Source: Candidatus Bipolaricaulia bacterium (GTDB taxonomy: Bacteria; Bipolaricaulota; Bipolaricaulia; JBHIAT01). From it: 15,153 nt of DNA. Below are positions 7,301 to 13,924 of this stretch, one piece after another (the stretch's first letter is position 1; each line of letters opens with the position of its first letter). The stretch spans positions 1-15,153 of the forward strand of contig JBHIAT010000082.1 in NCBI GenBank assembly GCA_046758705.1, read 5' to 3'. The notes below the pieces were generated by a model that saw nothing but the letters and a program-made list of their open reading frames with translations, did no database searches and was not told the origin of the DNA. The position numbers were made by a program, and so were the translations under genes.

Positions 7301-9274
7301 TTCGATCACGACCCCGACACGCCGACGGCCGAGGAGTTAGTTCGGTTCGTCGACCGCTCCCAGGACCCCGACGGAGAGATCATAAGCTGGCTTTGGGACT
7401 TCGGCGATGGGGCGACCGCTCAGATCCGAACCCCCCAACACACCTACCCGCGTCCGGGTCGGTACCGGGTGACCCTGATCGTTACCGATGACGATCGGGG
7501 CCAAAATACCGTCTCCCGGGAGATCGAGGTACTTCAACGTCCCAACCGCTCCCCGGTCGCCGACTTCTCCTTCGCGCCGCAACGGCCGCTCACCGGCCAG
7601 ATCCTGCAGTTCTTCGACCGTTCGACCGACCCCGATGGGAACATCACCACTTGGCGCTGGGACTTCGGGGATGGCCGTTTCTCGACCGAGCGAAACCCGA
7701 TCCATCGCTATGAGCAGGCCGGGACTTATCGGGTGAGTCTCCAGGTCGTCGACGACGATGGGGCGAGGAATACGATCCTGCAGGAGATCCACGTCGAGGC
7801 CCCCCGCGGAGCGATCGCGGTGGAGGTCTATCGGGACCACAATGGCAATAGGATCCGAGAGCCGGAGGAGGAGCTGGTCGAGGAGGCGATTGAGATCCGG
7901 GTCAACGGGAGAGAACAGACGATCGTCGGTCGAGAGGTGCTGGCCGACTTGACGGTGGGACGCTATACCCTGGAGGTCATCGACAGGAGCCTGCCCACCG
8001 GTCTCGTTTCGACCGGTCCTGCGACCGTTGTAATCGAATTGAGGCAGGGCGAGCAGGAGACGATCCCCTTCGGGCTAGCGCGCGGTGGGATGGTTGAGGT
8101 TCGCGTCTTGGAGCGCCGATTGCTCTCCCCGCCTGTTGAGCTGCTGAGCGGTGTGTTCGCGTTCCCCGGCACGTTCGTCGCCGCCCCACCGGTCAGCGAG
8201 TTGGAGATCCTCCCCGACAGCCTGAAACGCGAACTCCGGGCCCCGACCAGCCGATTGGCGTTCGCGACCATGATCCTCAACAGCTTCCAGATAAGGCAGC
8301 AGCTCACCCGGACGATGATCGGCTTCCATCTGAGTCAGCCGGCAGAGGTGACCGCCGAGATTCTGGATCAACATGGTGAAGTGGTCAGAACACTGCTGAA
8401 GGAGGAGTCGCTGGGGCATGGGCTGCACTATCGGGTCTGGGACGGACGGGCTCAGACGGGGAGAGTCGTTCCAGAGGGAACCTCCCGTTATCGGGTTTCG
8501 GCCGAAGGCGTGGATGGGGATGGACGCTCATCGCTGCTGGAGGGCGAATTGATCGTCCAATCCTGGGTGCTGCTCCTGGAGGCAGACCGAACCGGGGTGT
8601 TCGAGCGGACGTTTGAATTGGGATTGGTCGTCGGCGTCGCTCCCGGGGAGTTCGCCGGCGATCGAGCCATCACCGCCTGGGAGGCCAAGACGATCCTGGC
8701 CCGGGCGTTGAATCGGGAAAAATTCCTCCCGATCCGGATCGGCTGGATGCTGCAGGAGATCCTGGAACCGATCGAGGGGAAAGAGTCTGAGGAGACGATC
8801 ACCGGGGAACAGGCGGCCCGGATCATCGGAACCTATCTGAATCAGACCCCGCCGATCAAACCGATCAAGATGACCGGCGTACTGAATCGGGGTTTCGGGA
8901 TCGAGGTCGACGAAAAACCTGTCCCATCCGATCACGACGGTCAGTTCCGAGCGCTGATCGACGCCCGGGATATCGACGCTCTGGATGGTGAAATCCCATT
9001 GGTCTTTGTGACCGAGGAACCGGACGATCGCCTCCAGGTCATCCGGGAGGGGGTCGGCGGCTTGATGGTGGCAGTCGGCGATGTGGGGCAGCTCACCGAC
9101 GAGACAGGACGAGCGAGCTTCACCGGGGTGGGGCCGGGCCGACATAGGGTCAGGCTGTTTCCTGAATCGCTGGCGGGGAGGTTCAAGTTGGTATCCGACG
9201 GGATTTTTGATATGATGGTGGAAGAAGGGGAACGAACGGTTGTGACGTTTGAGGTGGTCGTGATCGGAATGTAG
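4325..9274 (+). CDS. Giant multidomain exported protein: 2x Ig-like, predicted outer-membrane beta-barrel, SdrD-B-like repeats, 3x PKD, FlgD-Ig-like and SLH-like motifs; candidate usher-like platform
   Basis: 1649-codon ORF; the start is uncertain (TTG 4325 or GTG 4364). Signal peptide, then Ig domains (VTLDPGEA; IVNRGNAPDVF..LVPGE). Amphipathic strand region at ~5100-6410. SdrD-B-like motifs GYVFIDENGNGRPDDGE, GRVFDDQNRDGQLDPGE and VYRDHNGNRIREPEE. Three PKD repeats F.DRS.DPDG.I..W.WDFGDG....PxHxY..G.Y.V.L.V.DD at ~7020-7800. FlgD-like GFHLSQPAEVTAEILD..VVRTL..VWDGR at ~8310-8505. SLH-like GLVVGVAPGEFAGDRAITAWEAKTILARAL at ~8620-8710. Confidence 0.8.
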   Translation: MRSRDFRTVQPILVRILPVLLPFLFLLTYSASVGLAQSSLDVTSAPKVGSLGDFITHTFRLTHAGGAQEIYDLALELPEDWESLDGLDPVTLDPGEADTIFITVFVPFAVVAGDYEITLTATARVTAVQVTASASVKVLQVAEVMIQAPPGAQALPGSQFSYTFAIVNRGNAPDVFEISADSAHDWIVEISEDQIELVPGERGTFDITLQIPLFASEGRDRLTVEVMSTVSSEVSDRVTLFTTVLPPSPQGVGRRLFVEVPAEIGLMAGGSPAGVSTSQLKLFAEGGIGADRQFSLESTLGGLTTPTPTLNALIFNYETERYRLRLGNISTEFAEFANLSGRGAQLDLGGERLGVTVLGLEVTGGQQIGAAAGLTGALGPIDASLSYIGRFDQPLNLQTDLLDLSLAYPLSDTWTIGAEGAISRSASGQDVAWWLGSVFQGENAFLSADYVKIGTEFVGERSDEAGFRVSHQLSFRKLSLSLRFLIEQLSDNVAGDPTQPTVTTTRLLSDSTFSSPGFPALGFGTNFETRRSRGPAPRTDEEEVALKLSLAGPLGPFSYRLSGNWGEIRDRIAATRFSSVSYDVSLRLARGRFSGEVGYVDRTVSNAITSQIEDRSIEERLLLTYELSPSLSASLSADRDELGGTTTLTPKFTYRLGGETEMAVGGELGFVDGQGDVTWTAQLEYNRGFSLPLPWIKTKGQVEGYVFIDENGNGRPDDGEAGLSRLVLRTGHTGVLTDETGLFRYPPLEPGEYELVLDNPPADLVPSIQLPQRFELARGEVKRIDIPMQRAAYIDGRVFDDQNRDGQLDPGEPGVTGVRVALMTAEGEPIREGFTGPTGWFAFTGLLPGGYRLRVDETWFPPGYEPTTPQDRELTLEPESHAQVQFGAAAKERGIIFTLENTPPTALFVLTPDRPTILDEIRFADRSTDPDGEITRWLWDFGDGGESDEPNPIHRYRETGTYQVRLTVTDDLGSTDTAVIELQVVNALPQAAFDHDPDTPTAEELVRFVDRSQDPDGEIISWLWDFGDGATAQIRTPQHTYPRPGRYRVTLIVTDDDRGQNTVSREIEVLQRPNRSPVADFSFAPQRPLTGQILQFFDRSTDPDGNITTWRWDFGDGRFSTERNPIHRYEQAGTYRVSLQVVDDDGARNTILQEIHVEAPRGAIAVEVYRDHNGNRIREPEEELVEEAIEIRVNGREQTIVGREVLADLTVGRYTLEVIDRSLPTGLVSTGPATVVIELRQGEQETIPFGLARGGMVEVRVLERRLLSPPVELLSGVFAFPGTFVAAPPVSELEILPDSLKRELRAPTSRLAFATMILNSFQIRQQLTRTMIGFHLSQPAEVTAEILDQHGEVVRTLLKEESLGHGLHYRVWDGRAQTGRVVPEGTSRYRVSAEGVDGDGRSSLLEGELIVQSWVLLLEADRTGVFERTFELGLVVGVAPGEFAGDRAITAWEAKTILARALNREKFLPIRIGWMLQEILEPIEGKESEETITGEQAARIIGTYLNQTPPIKPIKMTGVLNRGFGIEVDEKPVPSDHDGQFRALIDARDIDALDGEIPLVFVTEEPDDRLQVIREGVGGLMVAVGDVGQLTDETGRASFTGVGPGRHRVRLFPESLAGRFKLVSDGIFDMMVEEGERTVVTFEVVVIGM

Positions 9275-9324
9275 CGGTTTTTTTCGGGGGATTTCGAATA
9301 ATTCTTAAGTAAAAGGAGGTTGCA

Positions 9325-10743
9325 GTGTTTAAAACTAGAAATATTTTCATTTTTATCCTCATCCTGACATTTTCGGTTTTAATCCTCCTGTTCTATTCCA
9401 CAACCATCGCGTTGGGTTCCGAGCTCCAGCTGTCTGCGTCGGTTGTCCAGGCGAACTCCCTGTTCCGGATGACGGTGGTCTCCACCAGGGTAGAGCAGAT
9501 CACCGTGACCCTGCCCAACGGGTTCTTGTTCCGGGCTACGCCCAAGCTGGGCAAGGCGGAGGGAAATCGTTACTGGGTCCTATCGATCGACGACGAGCGG
9601 TTCGAATTCACGGTGATGAGCGGCGCGCCCCCCGGACGTTTCGTCATCGGGGCGATCTTCGACGTCATCGGTGGAGAGCCAGTTGAAGTCAAGCAGGAGA
9701 TCCAAGTGGAGGGTCCGGTGGGTGCCGCTGTCGAAGTCGAAGCTGAGGCTGAGGCTGAGGTTCCGGTGTCAGGACCGAGGGTGGCGGTCACAGAGACGCT
9801 GATCCGACTCAGGAGCAGCGGATCGGTCGAAGTCGTGCTCTCCGAGGCTCCGCAGGGGCTTCGGGCGTTCGACTTCACCGTCTTCATTCGGTCGGAATCG
9901 AATAGAGCTGTGGTCGGGCTTGCCGGCCTTGAACCCGGCGTAATTGACGGACAATTCTTCGAACAGGTGAGACGTGGCCCGACGTTCGCTACGTTTAGGG
10001 GGGTGGACTTCAGCGATCGGGTCCGTGCCGGTGCCCAGGGGGTGCGGCTCGCCAAGCTCATTCTGAATGGAGTCTTCGAGGGAACGGCGACAGTGGCCGT
10101 AACCGTCAACATCATGGTGGACGATCTCGGCGCATCGATAACGTCTGCAGGAGTGCCAGGGCAGGTCCAAGTGGTCCAGATCCTGCCGATCGGTGATCAT
10201 GACATCCCGCCCCAGGACCTCGACGAGGACGGGCGGTTTGAGGACATCGATGGCGACGGCCAGTTGACCAGACGCGATGCGATCAGCTTTGCCTTCAACC
10301 TCGGTGATCCTGAGATCAAGGTGAGTCCGAAAGCCTTCGACTTTGATGGGAACGGACAGGTGGAGTTCAGCGATGCGATCACACTGGCGACGGCTACGCT
10401 GGGAGCATCGAGGGTAGAGGAGCCACCGGTCACCGTGATGGCGGTGCGCTTCTTCGCCCACCCCGATCACACGCGTATCGTCTATGACCTCAGCAACGAG
10501 CCGGACCCGGAGATCATGGCGGTTTCGGACCCGCCGCGCATCGTCGTAGCGCTTGGCAACGCCCAACTTGCCGGAACCCTCGATTCCCGCGACGTCCCGG
10601 TGGGTAGCCCTGAGGTCACACGGGTCCGCTATCAGCTTCAGGAGACCGGGGTTCGCCTGATCGCTGAGTTGAACGGCGAACACGGTTACCGGTTGTTCAC
10701 CCTGACCGATCCCTATCGAATCGTCATCGACGTAGGGATATAA
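9325..10743 (+). CDS. Exported protein with cohesin-like, dockerin-like (paired Ca-binding loops) and C-terminal AMIN domains
   Basis: RBS AGGAGGT at 9314-9320, GTG start, signal peptide. Cohesin-like VVLSEAPQGLRAFDFTV...GAQGVRLAKLIL...IMVDDLG at ~9820-10180. Dockerin-like PQDLDEDGRFEDIDGDGQLTRRDA...AFDFDGNGQVEFSDAITLA at ~10207-10390. AMIN-like VRFFAHPDHTRIVYDL..DPPRIVV...RLFTLTDPYRIVIDV at ~10430-10740. Confidence 0.78.
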   Translation: MFKTRNIFIFILILTFSVLILLFYSTTIALGSELQLSASVVQANSLFRMTVVSTRVEQITVTLPNGFLFRATPKLGKAEGNRYWVLSIDDERFEFTVMSGAPPGRFVIGAIFDVIGGEPVEVKQEIQVEGPVGAAVEVEAEAEAEVPVSGPRVAVTETLIRLRSSGSVEVVLSEAPQGLRAFDFTVFIRSESNRAVVGLAGLEPGVIDGQFFEQVRRGPTFATFRGVDFSDRVRAGAQGVRLAKLILNGVFEGTATVAVTVNIMVDDLGASITSAGVPGQVQVVQILPIGDHDIPPQDLDEDGRFEDIDGDGQLTRRDAISFAFNLGDPEIKVSPKAFDFDGNGQVEFSDAITLATATLGASRVEEPPVTVMAVRFFAHPDHTRIVYDLSNEPDPEIMAVSDPPRIVVALGNAQLAGTLDSRDVPVGSPEVTRVRYQLQETGVRLIAELNGEHGYRLFTLTDPYRIVIDVGI

Positions 10744-10745
10744 TG

Positions 10746-10801
10746 AGCGGTCAGCCGTCAGGAAAACACTAAACAACTTTTGACCTTAAGCTGAACGCTT
10801 G
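10746..10801. repeat. Heptamer-armed palindromic intergenic element, copy 2 (shorter)
   Basis: AGCGGTC-AGCCGTC-AGGAAAACACTAAA...CCTTAAGCTGA. GTCAGGAAAACACTAAA at 10757-10773 is identical to 620-636. Confidence 0.7.
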
Positions 10802-10848
10802 CATTCCTCTACCTCACCTAATCATGGCTAAACCTTTGGGTTTCGGCG

Positions 10849-10854
10849 TATAAT
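10849..10854 (+). promoter_or_regulatory. Sigma-70-type -10 box for the riboswitch-2 leader
   Basis: TATAAT in the same CGTATAAT context as 1624-1631, 8 nt upstream of GAAGCCCAAAGACGC. Confidence 0.6.
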
Positions 10855-10878
10855 TATGGGTCGAAGCCCAAAGACGCA

Positions 10879-10957
10879 TCCACGATAAAGGCAAACCCAT
10901 CGAAAGGTGGGGACGCAAAGCCACGGATCCGAAAGGACAGCCGAGCTTGAGTTGGGA
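10879..10957 (+). ncRNA. c-di-GMP-I (GEMM-I) riboswitch aptamer, copy 2, with a degenerate 3' end
   Basis: CACGATAAAGGCAAACCCATC-GAAA-GGTGGGGACGCAAAGCCACGGATCC-GAAA-GGACAGCCGAGCT. The G20 equivalent (10890) is intact, but the conserved GCCG after P3 is missing (GAGCTTGAG versus GGGCTGCCGAAG in copies 1 and 3). Confidence 0.85.
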
Positions 10958-10994
10958 CGGGCTTCCAGTGACTTTACATTCATTGGAGGTTCGT

Positions 10995-13301
10995 ATGCAC
11001 AGGTTGAGCGAAACACACTGGGCGGACGACCGGGGATCGATGATGATCGTCATGTTCTTCGTCTTGTTGGTCGTCACCCTACTGGGCGTCGGCTACTTCA
11101 GCATCTCCCTCAACAGCCAACGGTACAGCTCTCTGATCCAAGACAGCGAACGGTCCCTGTACATTGCCAAGGCCGGCATCCACCGCGCCGAACAGTACAT
11201 CGTCAACCGCCTGGGCGGCTTTGAGGCGTTCCAGATAGCTGCCCCGAGCTGGATCCCCGTCGAATATCAGACGAACGGCTACCTGCTGGCCAACGAGACG
11301 GACATTACCAACGCTCAGATACTCAGCGCCGATGTGTTCATCATCACGGATACCTCCGGCATCTCCCCGGCATTCCTCATTCTGTCCCGGGGCCAGCATG
11401 AGGGGACGGAACGGCTGTTGATGGAGCGATTCGAGTTCGGTGGCGGGATCAGCTCGTTGGCCCGCTACGCGTTGTTCCAAAACTCGAACAGCATGTCAGA
11501 CAAGTTTGGCGGTTACGATATCTGGTTCATCGGGGGTGATTTGATCGACGGCCCACTTCACACCAACACCCAGGACCCAGACGATATGCTCAAGCTCATA
11601 ATGATGTATAGTAAGAATGAGTTGAAAGAGCACCCCCAGTTCCTCGCCAAGGTGACGACCACCAACAACCGGCTGAAGATCCGACGTTGCCAATCGCCAT
11701 TGTCCTGCACGAGCGAATACTTCCGGTTCCAGGCAAACCCCGACACCTATGGCGACCCGTTGTTCGAAGCCGTCCATCCGGGCTGGCAGGAGAACATCTT
11801 CCAGGGCGGGATCGTCTACGCTGCCGAGCCCCTGCAGATGATCTACGACACCCAGACCGGCAGTGACTTCGACGCGATGCATCGCGAAGCAGTCCGCCAT
11901 GGCACCGTCCTGCCCGACTATCGGCTGCTCAAGACCTATGTCCAAACCACGGGTGGAACCGCCGCCACCGATCCGGACACCGGAGATTACCTCATCCCCG
12001 AACTCACCTACTGGGCGTACACCGGCACCCAGACCGCCCCATTCTGGGGCGTCGATCCATACGACCTGGGCCAGAGCTCAGACGTGCCGACCGATCTGGT
12101 GGCTGACTACCAGTACGCTGGGGTTTCTGAAGCGGCTCAGATCTGGTATGACAACCCGGCCAATCCCCAGTCGAAGGTGGTTCTGGAGAAGCGCAAGTTT
12201 GAGTATCCGTTCCACTGGCAGGCGGACTACTACGTACGGGTGACCGATGACCAATGGATGCACGAGCTGCGCGACTGGGACGAGTTGACCGGGGAGATGA
12301 CCGACATCGGGTTCCAGCAGCAGGCGGGAACCGGCGATACCTCCACCCCTAACTCCACGCTGTGGATGAACCCGGCGACCTACCAGTGCGTGGATGAGTG
12401 CGATGGACCTGAAGATCTGGTCTTGGTCAGCCAGACGGAGTACATCGAGATCGAGGAGATTCAGCAGTGGAAGATCTACATCAACGACAACCAGTTCGAG
12501 TACTACTACACGACCCAAACCCCGAACTATTTCGGTCCCAAGAACTTCAACATCTACGGCAACTGCAGAGGCTCGATCATCGACTACGGCGAGCCGAACG
12601 TCTGCAACGACGGCGGCGACCTCGATCCCAATGACTCCACCATCTGGAACCAGGTCCAGACTGCGACCACCTCGATCTCGGGGATGAATCCGATCGCCCC
12701 CGGCCAGAACATCTGGGGACTGCTCAGCTCGATCCAGTCGACCAACAACACCCTGTACAGTACAGGGAACCTGTATGTCGCCGGCAGTTACGGGACGTCG
12801 GCCTCCATCATCAGCCGGGAGAATATCTACTTCTACGACGACATCACCGCCAAGTATCTGGACGATGGGGGTTACGACATCAACACGTTCGACCCGAACG
12901 ACCACCCGAACTTCAACTACTTCCTGGGGTTGATCGCGCTCAAGGATGTGGTCATCAGTCAGTACTTTAATGATCCTGATAAGGACATCGACCTGCACGC
13001 GGCGATCCTGGCAACCGAGGGGAGCTTCTGGTACAGCCTGTTCAGCCAGGACCCGGCCTCGGCTCATGACCAGATCAACCTGTACGGTGGGCTGGCCCAG
13101 TATGCCCGTGGGCCGGTGGGGCTGTCTAACGGCAAGGGGTTCCTCAAGAACTACGTCTACGACGAGCGGTTTGCTGGGTTGGTCAATGAGAATTTCAAGA
13201 ACCACCCGCCGGTCTACCCGCTGGTCAAATCGGGCGATCCCACCAACCCCGAGATCAAGCCGTCGATCAGCGTGTTGCTGGTGAGTATTCAGGAGCTATA
13301 G
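10995..13301 (+). CDS. PilX/GspK-type minor-pilin-like protein with a large DUF4900-like C-terminal region
   Basis: RBS GGAGG at 10985-10989 supports ATG 10995. Class III signal DDRG|SMMIVMFFVLLVVTLLGVG without Glu+5, followed by SLYIAKAGIHRAEQYI (PilX-N-like). Motifs WFIGGDLIDGPLHTN, LGLIALKDVVI, INLYGGLAQ..RGPVG..GFLKNYVYDERF..PPVYP. Confidence 0.8.
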   Translation: MHRLSETHWADDRGSMMIVMFFVLLVVTLLGVGYFSISLNSQRYSSLIQDSERSLYIAKAGIHRAEQYIVNRLGGFEAFQIAAPSWIPVEYQTNGYLLANETDITNAQILSADVFIITDTSGISPAFLILSRGQHEGTERLLMERFEFGGGISSLARYALFQNSNSMSDKFGGYDIWFIGGDLIDGPLHTNTQDPDDMLKLIMMYSKNELKEHPQFLAKVTTTNNRLKIRRCQSPLSCTSEYFRFQANPDTYGDPLFEAVHPGWQENIFQGGIVYAAEPLQMIYDTQTGSDFDAMHREAVRHGTVLPDYRLLKTYVQTTGGTAATDPDTGDYLIPELTYWAYTGTQTAPFWGVDPYDLGQSSDVPTDLVADYQYAGVSEAAQIWYDNPANPQSKVVLEKRKFEYPFHWQADYYVRVTDDQWMHELRDWDELTGEMTDIGFQQQAGTGDTSTPNSTLWMNPATYQCVDECDGPEDLVLVSQTEYIEIEEIQQWKIYINDNQFEYYYTTQTPNYFGPKNFNIYGNCRGSIIDYGEPNVCNDGGDLDPNDSTIWNQVQTATTSISGMNPIAPGQNIWGLLSSIQSTNNTLYSTGNLYVAGSYGTSASIISRENIYFYDDITAKYLDDGGYDINTFDPNDHPNFNYFLGLIALKDVVISQYFNDPDKDIDLHAAILATEGSFWYSLFSQDPASAHDQINLYGGLAQYARGPVGLSNGKGFLKNYVYDERFAGLVNENFKNHPPVYPLVKSGDPTNPEIKPSISVLLVSIQEL

Positions 13302-13464
13302 AGGTGAGGACGGAGATCCCTAAGTGTCTGACCGTTCATCTGCAACTCGATGTGAACTGCTGAGACTAGAGGCATGGTATTTCACCTTGTTATACTTATT
13401 CGATGGGTTGATGTCGTCATGTTATATGGATGGGCCATCGAGAGGGTCATGCGAGATGAGAGAT

Positions 13465-13539
13465 AGCTGTCAGCCATCAGCTCAAGAAAATATGCATTTG
13501 CTGTTGACGTTTAGCTGAGAGCTGATCGCTGAGGGCTTA
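13465..13539. repeat. Heptamer-armed palindromic intergenic element, copy 3 (divergent core)
   Basis: AGCTGTC-AGCCATC-AGC, core TCAAGAAAATATGCATTTG.., right arm TAGCTGA-GAGCTGA-TCGCTGA-GGGCTTA. Confidence 0.7.
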
Positions 13540-13843
13540 GGCTGTTTTGCGATCTGGTGGGCGGGGTCTCTCTACGGACGCCTATCCGGACATGCTCAGA
13601 GCGAATGAGTATTAGGAGTGTCCAAGGCCAACTGCCAGAGCTCATAGCTTATTCGATGAGCTAGGTATTTCGGGCTCAAATCCAGCTCCAACATAGCCGT
13701 CGCGCTTAGATGGCAATAGACAGCCGCTCAGAACATCTGGCGTCGAATTGACGCTCTCTCCACGATCCACTCCGTTGGCTCACCCGTTCAGGTATTAGGA
13801 TTTGGGTTTTTGGGGCACAATAGGGGGTGAATACCAAGGGTAC

Positions 13844-13923
13844 GTCTACGACAAAGGCAAACCCATCGAAAGATGGGGACGCAAAGCCGCGAATCCGAAA
13901 GGACGGTCGGGCTGCCGAAGGAC
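13844..13923 (+). ncRNA. c-di-GMP-I (GEMM-I) riboswitch aptamer, copy 3
   Basis: TACGACAAAGGCAAACCCATC-GAAA-GATGGGGACGCAAAGCCGCGAATCC-GAAA-GGACGGTCGGGCTGCCGAAG. The G20 (13856) and C92 (13915) equivalents are intact. The P2 pair that is C-G in copy 1 is U-A here (compensatory change). Confidence 0.95.
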
Positions 13924-13924
13924 C

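Noticed and set aside
9275-9310. Intrinsic terminator after the giant gene
   Set aside because: A T-run is present (GGTTTTTTTC) but no convincing GC-rich stem precedes it.
10947-10994. ORF-track start at TTG 10947
   Set aside because: It lies inside the aptamer/expression platform. ATG 10995 has a well-spaced GGAGG and mirrors the leader-1 start context.
6185-13205. Long minus-strand and alternate-frame ORFs (e.g. 6185..6967, 8528..9145, 9769..10776, 12078..13205)
   Set aside because: They lie almost entirely within well-supported + strand genes, have no recognisable motifs, and are expected shadows of GC-rich codon usage.
13324-13518. Small 64-aa ORF after the PilX-like gene
   Set aside because: Atypical composition, no recognisable motif, and it overlaps the heptamer repeat element. 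It cannot be supported despite purine-rich sequence upstream.
13802-13924. N-terminal extension of the last ORF from TTG 13802, as given in the ORF track
   Set aside because: It runs through the whole riboswitch aptamer and the putative promoter. ATG 13925 gives a more plausible prepilin leader.
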